Assembly: GCA_964583675.1 (NCBI GenBank)
Contig: CAZOVH010000002.1
Coordinates: 71,548 to 135,547 of the forward strand
Source of the DNA: an uncultured Candidatus Saccharibacteria bacterium
GTDB lineage: Bacteria; Patescibacteriota; Saccharimonadia; CAILAD01; GCA-016700035
Direction: 5' to 3'
Length of the DNA stretch: 64,000 bases
In this document: piece after piece, positions 30,873 through 40,709 of the stretch
How positions within the stretch are numbered: the stretch's first letter is position 1
How the letters are laid out: the number at the start of each line of letters is the position of its first letter
Notes under the pieces: generated by a model
The model's database searches: none
What the model saw: only the letters and a program-made list of their open reading frames with translations
Told to the model about the DNA's origin: nothing
Made by a program: the position numbers and the translations under genes

Positions 30873-30925
30873 CGTTCCATGCGACGCTCCTCTCAAATTC
30901 AAATTACCAATTTGAATTTAGGGGC

Positions 30926-31468
30926 TCAAGCTTTGTAATACGCGATTTGCGTTTCGCCATACTCGCGAGTTTTCACAAGTTTAGCAGGCCCTAGTATATC
31001 AGCTAATTTCTCTCGAGACGAGCATGATATCACCAGCACCCCACCCTCCGCCAGCTTACCGGCAGCGAGCTCCGCAATACTGGCGTCAAAACTCGCATAT
31101 GGTGGGTCAAAAAAGATGATGTCGTAACTATCTTCGGTATGCCCCAAGAAAGCCTTAACATCTTCCTGTGCAATCTTGTATTCCGACTGCACGCCCAGCT
31201 CTGCGGCATTTGTTTGCAGGCACTTAGCGGCCGCATGTGCCTTTTCTACCGCCACCACGCTTTCGGCCTCACGACTGAGCGCTTCAAACCCCAAGGCACC
31301 ACTTCCCGCATACAAATCCAACACCGCGAGGCCCGAGAGCTCTTCGCCCAACACGCTCATAATTGCCTGCCGCACTTTTTGCGAGATCGGCCGAGTGCCT
31401 TCGCCAGGCTGGCGGATCATCCTATAGCGAAGCGTGCCGGCCGTAATGCGCGTGGAATAATCTGGCAT
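30926..31468 (-). CDS. rsmD: 16S rRNA m2G966 methyltransferase RsmD
   Basis: RITAG..TRP..VLDLYAGSGALGFEALSR..DIIFFDPPY..YGET. Confidence 0.92.
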   Translation of the reverse strand: MPDYSTRITAGTLRYRMIRQPGEGTRPISQKVRQAIMSVLGEELSGLAVLDLYAGSGALGFEALSREAESVVAVEKAHAAAKCLQTNAAELGVQSEYKIAQEDVKAFLGHTEDSYDIIFFDPPYASFDASIAELAAGKLAEGGVLVISCSSREKLADILGPAKLVKTREYGETQIAYYKA

Positions 31469-31473
31469 AACTT

Positions 31474-32244
31474 CTACCTCGTGCCAGCTAGTTGTCGGGC
31501 CGGCTTGTTTGCCCAAGCTTCTTCATAGGCGGCGAGCCAGGCGGCAGCAATCATCTGCGGGATTTTTGGTACCACTGTTGCACGAACAGATTTAGCAAGC
31601 TTGGTGGTCCAGCCATGAGCAATAAAATCTTCGTACAAACCAAGCTTGGCAATCTTGAGCGATTCTTCCTTAATAGCAGCTTCAATGCCCTTTTCTTTAA
31701 TGAGATCCACGAGCGCCATATCGAACTTTACGCGCAGTGGCGAAAACATCGTAGCGGTAGAAATGCCAGACTCAAATGCGATGTGCGAACTCTTCCAACC
31801 CTTCGTGCCCCACGTCTTCCAGCGTCGTGTCATTTTAGAGGCTTCAGCATATTCTTCGGCAATCAGCTTATAGCTAATGTGGTGCGCGGGCGTGAGTGAA
31901 TCGGTAATGTAGTGCGCCATCCAGCCAGCGTGGAAGCCGGCTTCGATGTAATCTTCGCGCTTTAGGCAGTCTACCAAGTTATTAAAGTGGATTTGAATCC
32001 AGTTTGGCAGGTGGCCAATTTCGTTGACCGGGTCCCAAAGGTGGTCGGAGTTATAGTTGCCTTTTACCTTGAGCCCATCTGGCCCACCATAGCCTTCAAA
32101 GTTTAAAATGTCGCGACGGAGCGGGAAACGATCACGTCGAATCATCCGAGAAACAAGACGATATGCTTCGCGGTCGAGTTTTTGATGTGTGCCAGCCCAG
32201 GTGATTTTTCCTTTACTGGCGAATGATGTAAATCCTGAATTCAT
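31474..32244 (-). CDS. Hypothetical protein, Zn-dependent phospholipase C / P1-nuclease-like
   Basis: W..TH, GPD, GWMAHYITDSLTPAHH, HIAFE metal-ligand pattern. Confidence 0.6.
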   Translation of the reverse strand: MNSGFTSFASKGKITWAGTHQKLDREAYRLVSRMIRRDRFPLRRDILNFEGYGGPDGLKVKGNYNSDHLWDPVNEIGHLPNWIQIHFNNLVDCLKREDYIEAGFHAGWMAHYITDSLTPAHHISYKLIAEEYAEASKMTRRWKTWGTKGWKSSHIAFESGISTATMFSPLRVKFDMALVDLIKEKGIEAAIKEESLKIAKLGLYEDFIAHGWTTKLAKSVRATVVPKIPQMIAAAWLAAYEEAWANKPARQLAGTR

Positions 32245-32249
32245 AGGTT

Positions 32250-34286
32250 TTAATCGAGCGACGTGACAGCCTTTAAGCTATTCACAACCGCTATGACTTG
32301 AGGATATTTTACAATTTTTTCTTGTTTTAGGAAAGAGTCTACGGCTGTTCTTGCCCGTTCCACCTCTTTTGAGTCGTGCAATGTAGCAAACCTAAAGTCG
32401 GCAGCACCAGATTGCCGTACTCCAAACCGCTGGCCAGCACCACGATTTGCTAGATCTATTTCGGCCAGTCTAAACCCGTCATTCGTACGAGCTAATGCGG
32501 CGATTCTCTGACGTGAAGCGCTATCTTGAGTGGTAAATAAATAACATTCGGAGGCAATATCACTACGCCCAACCCGTCCACGCAGCTGATGGAGAGTAGC
32601 GAGGCCAAACCGGTCGGCTGACTCCACCAGCATAACCGTGGCACGATCCACATGCACGCCAACCTCAATTACTGTGGTGGCCACCAAAATATCTAACTCC
32701 CCGGCTGCAAACTGCGTCATAACCGCATCTTTTTCCTCAGACTTAAGCTTGCCGTGTAAAAGGCCAATCCGCCGATGTCGAAACACCGTGCGCGACAGGC
32801 GTTGCTTTTCTTGCTTTACAGCCCGCGAGCCGCTTGGGTCGGCCGCATCAATTGAAGGACACACAATATAAGCTTGTTCACCCTTAGTGATGCGAGCATC
32901 TATCTCAGCATACACCCGCACCCTATCATCTTCGGAGCAGACATGGGTTTTAATCGGTACGCGACCCGGCGGCATATCCGTGAGAAGTGAAATATCCAGA
33001 TCGCCAAACGCCACCAGGCCAAGCGTGCGCGGGATTGGTGTAGCAGTCATGGTGAGAACGTGCGGCAAGCGACCGGCCTTGTCTTTTAAGCTTAGCCGCT
33101 GGTTCACGCCAAATCGGTGTTGTTCGTCTACCACAACCAAGCCCAGATTTGGAAACTGGATGTTTTTCGTAATCAACGCCTGAGTACCAATCACCACATC
33201 AACTTCGCCAGCCTGCACCGCAGTCACCAATTCCGCCCGATCTTTTGCTTTAAGATGACTTGCCAAAAGCTCAACGCGAATCCCCCACGACTTCAGCAAC
33301 TCCCGAAAACTTTTTACATGCTGCGTGCCTAGCACCACCGTTGGCACCATCACCGCCACCTGAAAGCCCGCGCGGATAGCCATCAAGGCTGCAAATGCCG
33401 CCACTAAAGTTTTTCCAGAACCGACATCTCCTTCTAAAAGTCGACTCATCGGTGCACCGCGTTGCATATCTTCAAAGATTTGCCAGCTCACTTTGCGCTG
33501 AGAGTTTGTGAGCGCAAATGGTAATGAGCCTACAAATTCTTTGGCTAAATCTTCCTTAAAGGGCACCTCAATACCCGGTTCTGTCTCAAGCTCTTCACGC
33601 AATACCCGACTGGTGAGCATATGGAAGAATAACTCACCAAAAGCCATACGCTTTTGGGCCTCTTGAAGCTGTTTAGCGTCGGTCGGCTCGTGCAATTCTC
33701 TTACTGCAGCCGGCAGCGTAATAAGTTTTTGCGCCCTCAAAACCGACTCCGGCAGCGGATCAGCTAATTCGTCGGCCACATCAATGCACTGACGCACAAG
33801 ATTGCGCAAAACCTTTGAGGTAACTTTTGCGGTCTCAGGATAGATTGCTACAATCCGTCCAGCTCGATCTATGCTCGAAGGCCGCTCAAACTGCGGCTGC
33901 ACCACACTAAATACACCGGCCTTAAACTTCAGCTCGCCAGTAAAAAAATACTCATCACCAAGGTTAAGTTGATCAGCCACATACGGCGCGTGAAACCAGG
34001 TCAGTTTTAAGGAGCCGGTATCATCAACCACCACCGCTTCGGTGATTACCATGCGTCGATTACGAGCTGCGCGCCGAACCGCAACATCTTCCACCTTCGC
34101 GCGCACCGTAACGAGGCCCGGACGAAGCTGGGCGATTGGCTTAAGTTGAGAAAAATCATCATACCGACGTGGGAAATAATCCAGCAGATCCCGAACCGTC
34201 TCCAGGCCCATGCGCGCGAGCTCCCGCTCCATCACCTCGCCAACACCCTTTAAGATGGCGAGGCGCGTATCTAGCCGCGCGCTCAT
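32250..34286 (-). CDS. recG: ATP-dependent DNA helicase RecG
   Basis: LLEGDVGSGKT, DEQHRFGV, MTATPIPRTL, LHQLRGRVGR. Confidence 0.98.
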   Translation of the reverse strand: MSARLDTRLAILKGVGEVMERELARMGLETVRDLLDYFPRRYDDFSQLKPIAQLRPGLVTVRAKVEDVAVRRAARNRRMVITEAVVVDDTGSLKLTWFHAPYVADQLNLGDEYFFTGELKFKAGVFSVVQPQFERPSSIDRAGRIVAIYPETAKVTSKVLRNLVRQCIDVADELADPLPESVLRAQKLITLPAAVRELHEPTDAKQLQEAQKRMAFGELFFHMLTSRVLREELETEPGIEVPFKEDLAKEFVGSLPFALTNSQRKVSWQIFEDMQRGAPMSRLLEGDVGSGKTLVAAFAALMAIRAGFQVAVMVPTVVLGTQHVKSFRELLKSWGIRVELLASHLKAKDRAELVTAVQAGEVDVVIGTQALITKNIQFPNLGLVVVDEQHRFGVNQRLSLKDKAGRLPHVLTMTATPIPRTLGLVAFGDLDISLLTDMPPGRVPIKTHVCSEDDRVRVYAEIDARITKGEQAYIVCPSIDAADPSGSRAVKQEKQRLSRTVFRHRRIGLLHGKLKSEEKDAVMTQFAAGELDILVATTVIEVGVHVDRATVMLVESADRFGLATLHQLRGRVGRSDIASECYLFTTQDSASRQRIAALARTNDGFRLAEIDLANRGAGQRFGVRQSGAADFRFATLHDSKEVERARTAVDSFLKQEKIVKYPQVIAVVNSLKAVTSLD

Positions 34287-35470
34287 ACGTGAATGCGGAC
34301 GAAGCGGCGCTTGCCGACCTGCACAATCATGCCAGCCCGCAACACAACATCTTCAGCAGACTCGACTACAGCTCCGTCTACCCGCACACCCCCTTGAGAA
34401 ATCAAACGTCGTACTTCAGACTTTGTGAGTCCAAAAGCATTCGCCATCAATCCGACAGCATCTGCTAGCTCCTTATCATCGGCTCGATAATCCGGAATAT
34501 CGGTTGGTGTTTCGCCGGCTCTAAACTGCTTGTTCCAAGCTTCTTCGGCCGCTTCAGCAGCCTTTGCGCCATGATATCGACCAACAATCTCGCGCGCCAA
34601 ACTCGCCTTGGTGTCACGAGGATTGGCTCCAGCCGCCATATCTTGCTCCACGGCCTGCACAACGTCCAAATCAACATCAGTCGCTAACTTGAAGTAATGT
34701 GGAATCAACTCATCATTGAGCGCCATCACCTTGCCGTACATGTCTTTTGGCTCATCGGTAATAAAAATACAGTTCGGCTGAGTTTTGCTCATCTTCTTAC
34801 CATCTGGTCCAATCAAAAGTTCCGTCACCATTACGGCTTGAGCTGGCTGCCCGGCACGCTTTTGGAGTGTGCGCCCAGCCATCATATTAAAGAGCTGATC
34901 GTTGCCACCAAGCTCGACATCTGCATGTAAAGCTACGGAGTCATAGCCCTGCATAACCGGATACAAGAATTCTTGCAGGCCAATCGGCTTACCATTTTCG
35001 TAGCGATTGCGGAAGTTGTCACGCTCTAACATCTGCGCCACCTTAAACTCACTTGCTAAGAGCAAGATATCAGCAAACTCAAGCTGCTTGAGCCACTCGG
35101 AGTTATAGCGAATTTCAGCCTTAGAAAGATCCACAATCTGACCAATTTGCTTGAGGTAGTTCTTCATATTATGACGAACATCTTCGCGTGTCAGCTGCTG
35201 TCGCTCCGACTGCTTATCGGAAGTATCGCCAATCATGGCGGTATAGTCGCCAATTAAGATGATGACGTGGTGTCCAAGCTCCTGAAATTCGCGCAACTTC
35301 CAATACACCACCGCATGACCAAGGTGAATTCGATCACCGGTAGGATCTATACCGAATTTGATACGCAGCGGTTTTCTACCATCGAGACGCTTGGCTAAAT
35401 CATCTCGTACAATAACATCTTCAATGCCGCGGGTGAGAAGTTGCTCTTTTTTATCGGCTTGGGTCTTCAT
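34283..35470 (-). CDS. tyrS: Tyrosyl-tRNA synthetase
   Basis: GIDPTG..HLGH, YPVMQGYDS, GGNDQ, KMSKT, S4-like tail VGKRRF. Confidence 0.98.
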   Translation of the reverse strand: MKTQADKKEQLLTRGIEDVIVRDDLAKRLDGRKPLRIKFGIDPTGDRIHLGHAVVYWKLREFQELGHHVIILIGDYTAMIGDTSDKQSERQQLTREDVRHNMKNYLKQIGQIVDLSKAEIRYNSEWLKQLEFADILLLASEFKVAQMLERDNFRNRYENGKPIGLQEFLYPVMQGYDSVALHADVELGGNDQLFNMMAGRTLQKRAGQPAQAVMVTELLIGPDGKKMSKTQPNCIFITDEPKDMYGKVMALNDELIPHYFKLATDVDLDVVQAVEQDMAAGANPRDTKASLAREIVGRYHGAKAAEAAEEAWNKQFRAGETPTDIPDYRADDKELADAVGLMANAFGLTKSEVRRLISQGGVRVDGAVVESAEDVVLRAGMIVQVGKRRFVRIHV

Positions 35471-35559
35471 ACACTGATTGTATCAGATGTAATGATGGTT
35501 CAACAAAAGTCGGTTTTCAAAGCTAATTTTCAGTAAAAATGCTATAATTATACGTACTC

Positions 35560-38259
35560 ATGGCGAAACGTCGCACAGTTAGATCTCCCCGTCGCGTAGT
35601 GCATCGCACACCGTCGAATCACCCGGAGGCCAGAAAGCTTCAATCCCCTGCAAACGCCAAGGGATGGGCTCGCTTACACCCAAAAAATATTTGGGCCGCA
35701 ATCAGCTCCAAAAAAGGTCGCCGTATTATTGCCGCAACATTTGCCGGCCTGTTCTTAGTGGTTCTCGCACTCTTTCTCTGGATCGCTAAAGATCTTCCGA
35801 GTCCAAATAAAATTAACTCCAAAATCTCTGCCCAAACCACCAAACTTTATGACCGCACAGGACAGAATGTCTTAGTAGAAATTTATGGAGACAAAAACCG
35901 CTCAGTTGTAGAGTTAGATCAAATCCCGGTTGATTGCCGCAACGCTACCATTGCCCTAGAAGATAAAAACTTCTATAAACAAGGCGCATTTTCTGTTGCT
36001 GGTATTGGTCGTGCGCTCACCGGCGTGGTCTTTAAGGACCCATCAAAGGGTGGTGGCTCTACAATTACACAGCAATACGTGAAAAATGCTTTCCTTACGA
36101 GTGAACGCACTCCCGCTCGCAAACTAAAAGAAATCATCCTGGCCGTTCAAATTGAACTTCTCTATAAAAAAGATGACATCTTAAAGCTCTATCTCAATGA
36201 AATCCCTTACGGCTCAACCGCCTATGGCATACAGGCCGCTGCTAAAACTTACTACAGTAAGGACGCAAAAGACCTTACTCTCGGCGAATGCTCAACTCTA
36301 GCCTCACTGCCTCAAGCGCCGAGCTATTACAACCGTAACAAAAACGCTTTAGCTGGCCGTCAAGAAACCGCGTTGACATACATGACAGAACAAGGCTACA
36401 TCACCAAAGAACAAGCTGATGCCGCATTGGCAGAAGGCGCCATCGCCAAGATGAAAATTAATAACTTTGCCGCCAACATCACGGCCCCTCACTTCGTGCA
36501 GTATGTACGCGATCAGCTGGAAGAAAAATATGGTGTCAAGCGCGTCAACGAAGGTGGGCTTAAAGTTATCACCTCGCTTGATATCGAAAAGCAAAAACTC
36601 GCCGAAGATTCGGTAAAAAATGGCATCACCAACGTCCGTAAATTTGGCGGTAGCAACGCCGCTCTCGTATCGGCCGACGCTGATTCTGGCGAAGTTCTGG
36701 CAATGGTTGGAAGCTATGACTACAACGACCCAGAAGTTGGTAACTTTAATGTAGCCGCCGCCAACCGTCAGCCGGGTTCATCTATTAAGCCAATTATTTA
36801 TGCCTCCATGTTTAAAGGCAACTGGGGCCCTGGCTCTACTATGTACGATGTGCAAACCGACTTTGGCGGTGGCTATAAGCCAAAGAACTATACTGGCCGG
36901 TTTTATGGTGTGCAATCGGTACGCACATCGCTAGCAAGCTCGCTTAATATCCCGGCCGTAAAAGCACTCTACCTCGCCGGCATTCCGCAAACCATTCAGA
37001 CCGCCAACGACATGGGCATTACCACCTATAGTAAAGAAGATGCCAACCGATTAGGTCTCTCCATGGCTCTAGGGTCTGGCGAAGTAAAACTCACCGAAAT
37101 GGTAAATGCGTTCACGGCTTTCCCAGCAGAAGGTGCTGTCCGTGACCAAGTGACTGTCCTCGAGGTGAGCGACTCATCCGGTAAAATTATTGAGAAGAAT
37201 ACTGTGGAGTCTAATAAACAGCGACAGGCCCTGGATCCACAGATTGCTTACGAAATTAACTCCATCCTTTCAGATAACCAAGCCCGCTGCTCAATCGGTG
37301 TTTTCTCATGCAATAACCCACTCATAATTCGCGGAAAAACTGTTGCGGCAAAGACCGGAACTACCAACGACTATAAAGATGCGTGGACTATGGGATACAC
37401 CCGAAAGACCGTTACAGGAGTCTGGGCAGGCAATAACGATAATGTACCAATGACCCAAGCTGCATCGATTGTTTCGGCCCCAATTTGGCAAGACTATATG
37501 ACAAAAGCGACCGCAGCGGAGGGAGACATACCCTTCGAGCAGCCAGCCACGTTAAAGAAAGTGGAGCTTGATGCTGACACCGGCAAGCTACCAAACGACG
37601 GTACAAAACGTAAGCGTGCAGATATATTTGCTAGCTGGTATAAGCCTGTTGCCGCACCAGCTAGTTCGGCCGCAAAAATTAATAAACTCGATGGTAAGCT
37701 AGCAACTGAATGTACGCCAATTGATGCACAACAAGATGTGACTGCTAACTCAATTTCAGCTGAAATTCCACCAAACGATATTAGCTTCCCTCGCTGGAAT
37801 CCACCCGTTGCAGCTCTAGCAGCAGGGCTCGGCCTAAGCTCCGGAACTGGCATCCCGACCGAGAAAAGTACTATGCACTCCTGCACAGACGCCAAACCGA
37901 CAGTATCCATAGATGTAAACCCATCGTCTGGCTCGGCATTCATTATCTCAGCATCAGTCACAAGCGGAACATTCCCTGTAAACCAGCTAGTAATCCTTAT
38001 AAATGACCAGCCATACACTACCCAGACGGTAAATGGCAGTGGCACCTACCCGATAGGCATCACTCCCGGGACCATCGGCCCTCTTAAAATTCAAGTAAAA
38101 GCAATCGACACTGGCCTCTATAGCACAACATCAAACGCCGAAAACGTTATCGGCACCTCAGGTCCAAGTGCCCAAAAAACCGATGCGAATACCGCGAACC
38201 TTGCGCGTTGGTTTGACGCTGCTCTTTACGACACCCGGCGCAGAATTAGCTCGTTATAA
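35560..38259 (+). CDS. Class A penicillin-binding protein (PBP1A family)
   Basis: TM anchor; EDKNFY, GGSTITQQYVKN, RKLKE; SSIK, SLN, KTGT. Confidence 0.96.
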   Translation: MAKRRTVRSPRRVVHRTPSNHPEARKLQSPANAKGWARLHPKNIWAAISSKKGRRIIAATFAGLFLVVLALFLWIAKDLPSPNKINSKISAQTTKLYDRTGQNVLVEIYGDKNRSVVELDQIPVDCRNATIALEDKNFYKQGAFSVAGIGRALTGVVFKDPSKGGGSTITQQYVKNAFLTSERTPARKLKEIILAVQIELLYKKDDILKLYLNEIPYGSTAYGIQAAAKTYYSKDAKDLTLGECSTLASLPQAPSYYNRNKNALAGRQETALTYMTEQGYITKEQADAALAEGAIAKMKINNFAANITAPHFVQYVRDQLEEKYGVKRVNEGGLKVITSLDIEKQKLAEDSVKNGITNVRKFGGSNAALVSADADSGEVLAMVGSYDYNDPEVGNFNVAAANRQPGSSIKPIIYASMFKGNWGPGSTMYDVQTDFGGGYKPKNYTGRFYGVQSVRTSLASSLNIPAVKALYLAGIPQTIQTANDMGITTYSKEDANRLGLSMALGSGEVKLTEMVNAFTAFPAEGAVRDQVTVLEVSDSSGKIIEKNTVESNKQRQALDPQIAYEINSILSDNQARCSIGVFSCNNPLIIRGKTVAAKTGTTNDYKDAWTMGYTRKTVTGVWAGNNDNVPMTQAASIVSAPIWQDYMTKATAAEGDIPFEQPATLKKVELDADTGKLPNDGTKRKRADIFASWYKPVAAPASSAAKINKLDGKLATECTPIDAQQDVTANSISAEIPPNDISFPRWNPPVAALAAGLGLSSGTGIPTEKSTMHSCTDAKPTVSIDVNPSSGSAFIISASVTSGTFPVNQLVILINDQPYTTQTVNGSGTYPIGITPGTIGPLKIQVKAIDTGLYSTTSNAENVIGTSGPSAQKTDANTANLARWFDAALYDTRRRISSL

Positions 38260-38311
38260 TTGACCACTAAAGGCCAGGCTCATTTGTTATATCTAAAACG
38301 GACGTGGCTAA

Positions 38312-39298
38312 CTATTTTTTAGGCCGCATGGCTGTCTTTGAGGGTTTTCTGGTCGCCTTAGTTGGCTTCGCGCCCTTGCGTGGTGTGGCAAAAATCATCT
38401 TACCAGCTACTGTCTGGAAGATGCGTGTAACTTCAGTTTCTACTTCTTGGCCTATAATTTTATCGCCACCCTCGACTACAATCATCGTGCCATCTTCCAA
38501 GTAGCCAACTCCTTGTCCTTTTTCTTTGCCGGCTTGCACAACTCGCACAACTAAGACTTCTCCAGGCAGTACTACAGCACGTAAAGCTTGCGAGAGCTCG
38601 TTCATGTTTAAGACACGCACCGATTCGATAGTGGCAACACGATTGAGATTATAATCAGTGGTTAAAATATCAGTTTTAAACTTCTTAGCCAAGTACACCA
38701 GCTTGTGATCTACCTCTTTTACTTTTGCTGGATTATCTTCAACAATATCAATTTCAACCGATTCATTTTCACGCAATTTGTTGAGGAGCTCGAGCCCCCG
38801 TCGGCCTTTCGCCCTACGAAGTGGGTCGTCAGAGTCAGCAATATTCTGCAATTCTGCTAGAACAAATCGTGGCACGAGAAGCTTACCCGGGACAAAACCA
38901 GTAGCAGCGATGTCGGCGATACGCCCATCAATAATGGCTGACGTATCAACTAAAATACGGCTCTTATGAGTTTCCTTTGTTGTGCTAGCCGTTTTCTTCG
39001 TGTTATTCACTTCTGCAAGCTTGGGAAACAAAACCCCAATTGCCTTGTGTTGGTGATAGAAGACTTCTGCCATAGCAATTGCCGACATAAGAGTAATAGT
39101 GATTGGCAGAATCGTGCTATATGGCTGCGGCAAATTATCGATTGGGATCGAAATCAGCAGCCCAGCTAAGGCACCAAAAATAAATCCAACTGTTATTAAA
39201 ATAAGCTTCTGCAAGCTTAAGCGCATTAGGCGCACGGCAATATAACAAACAACGAGTACGGCGATTGCCACCACCGGAATAATCAGAGAGTACGGCAT
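38312..39298 (-). CDS. PIN/TRAM domain membrane protein (YacL family)
   Basis: VDTSAIIDGRI, RRAKGRRGL, TTDYNLNRVA, GVGYLEDGTMIVVE. Confidence 0.93.
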   Translation of the reverse strand: MPYSLIIPVVAIAVLVVCYIAVRLMRLSLQKLILITVGFIFGALAGLLISIPIDNLPQPYSTILPITITLMSAIAMAEVFYHQHKAIGVLFPKLAEVNNTKKTASTTKETHKSRILVDTSAIIDGRIADIAATGFVPGKLLVPRFVLAELQNIADSDDPLRRAKGRRGLELLNKLRENESVEIDIVEDNPAKVKEVDHKLVYLAKKFKTDILTTDYNLNRVATIESVRVLNMNELSQALRAVVLPGEVLVVRVVQAGKEKGQGVGYLEDGTMIVVEGGDKIIGQEVETEVTRIFQTVAGKMIFATPRKGAKPTKATRKPSKTAMRPKK

Positions 39299-39310
39299 AT
39301 AAGTTCCTAG

Positions 39311-40657
39311 TTATTTTTTCTTGGATGAGGCCTTAATACGGGAGAGCGCAGCTGCAATATCAGCAAGCCCAACGACACCGCTACCTTTCAGGGCAGCTGG
39401 CGCCAAGATATGGTTAAAACCAAGCCGAGAGGCTTCTTTGGCTCTCGCCTGCATGAGATTTACTGAACGAATTTCTCCTGCCAGACCAACTTCGCCAAAA
39501 CTCGCAAGCGAGCTTGGAATGACGGTGCCATAATATGCGCTAGCTATGGCAAGAATAAGTGCAAGGTCTATGGCGGGCTCAGTAATCTTTAGCCCTCCTA
39601 TGATGCTAGCATAGATATCCTGGTCGGACAACGGAATGCCGGCACGCTTTGTTAGAACGGCAGCCAAAAGCCCAAGGCGGTTTTGATCGATCCCGACAGC
39701 TGCACGCTTTGGGTAGCTCAGAACCGATGGGGAGACCAAAGCCTGAACCTCAACCATCAACGGACGCGTACCTTCAAGAGCTACAAAAACAGCACTACCC
39801 GGCAGATCCCTGCGCTCGGCGAGTAGAATCTCCGAGGGATTTGCCACTTCCTTAAATCCACTCTCCCCCATCTCCAAGAGCGCCACATCACTCGTAGCGC
39901 CAAAGCGATTTTTACTCGCCTTCACTACACGCAATGTCCCGTACTGATCACCCTCCATACTTAATACCACATCTACTAAATGCTCTAATAGTTTTGGACC
40001 TGCAAGCGTACCTTCTTTTGTAACATGCCCAATTATTACGCAGGCCGTATGCGTAGTTTTAGCAGACTGCATAATCATATTCGCAACTAGTGTAATTTGA
40101 CTCGGTGCCCCGGCTGCGGCACTGGAGTCGGCCGCCACTAACGTTTGAATTGAGTCTATAATGACCAGTTGATAGTCACCTGTATCGATAAGTGCAGCGG
40201 CATCATCAGCCGAAGTAGTCGCCAAGAGCTCAAGATCAACCGTACCGACACCAAGTCTATCGGCACGCATTTTAATCTGTCGCGCAGACTCCTCGCCGGA
40301 CACATACAGTACCTTGCCTTTTGCAGCAATTACACTTGCAACCTGCAAGACCAAGGTTGACTTACCAACCCCTGGATCGCCAGAAAGCAACATAAGTGCA
40401 CCGGGCACCACTCCACCGCCGAGCACCAGGTCAAGTTCTTTTACGCCGCTACTAAATCGTGCCACGCGGAGATCTTCTACGTCCGCAAGCTTAGTTGGCT
40501 TCGCACCGCTGCTTGAGTTCTTCCTGCCAGTAGCACTTGCCGGCAGTACTTCCTCTACGATGCTTTCCCACGTGCCACACTGCAAACAGCGACCGGCCCA
40601 TTTGGAACTTTTCGCGCCACATTCTTGGCATACAAATACTGATGTCGCTTTAGCCAT
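39311..40657 (-). CDS. radA: DNA repair protein RadA/Sms
   Basis: CQECG..CLQCG, GDPGVGKST, KNRFG, GEVGLAGEIR. Confidence 0.98.
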   Translation of the reverse strand: MAKATSVFVCQECGAKSSKWAGRCLQCGTWESIVEEVLPASATGRKNSSSGAKPTKLADVEDLRVARFSSGVKELDLVLGGGVVPGALMLLSGDPGVGKSTLVLQVASVIAAKGKVLYVSGEESARQIKMRADRLGVGTVDLELLATTSADDAAALIDTGDYQLVIIDSIQTLVAADSSAAAGAPSQITLVANMIMQSAKTTHTACVIIGHVTKEGTLAGPKLLEHLVDVVLSMEGDQYGTLRVVKASKNRFGATSDVALLEMGESGFKEVANPSEILLAERRDLPGSAVFVALEGTRPLMVEVQALVSPSVLSYPKRAAVGIDQNRLGLLAAVLTKRAGIPLSDQDIYASIIGGLKITEPAIDLALILAIASAYYGTVIPSSLASFGEVGLAGEIRSVNLMQARAKEASRLGFNHILAPAALKGSGVVGLADIAAALSRIKASSKKK

Positions 40658-40709
40658 GCATCTATTGTACTAGACTACGTGCAATATTTGTACGGTTTTT
40701 TGTTCGTAG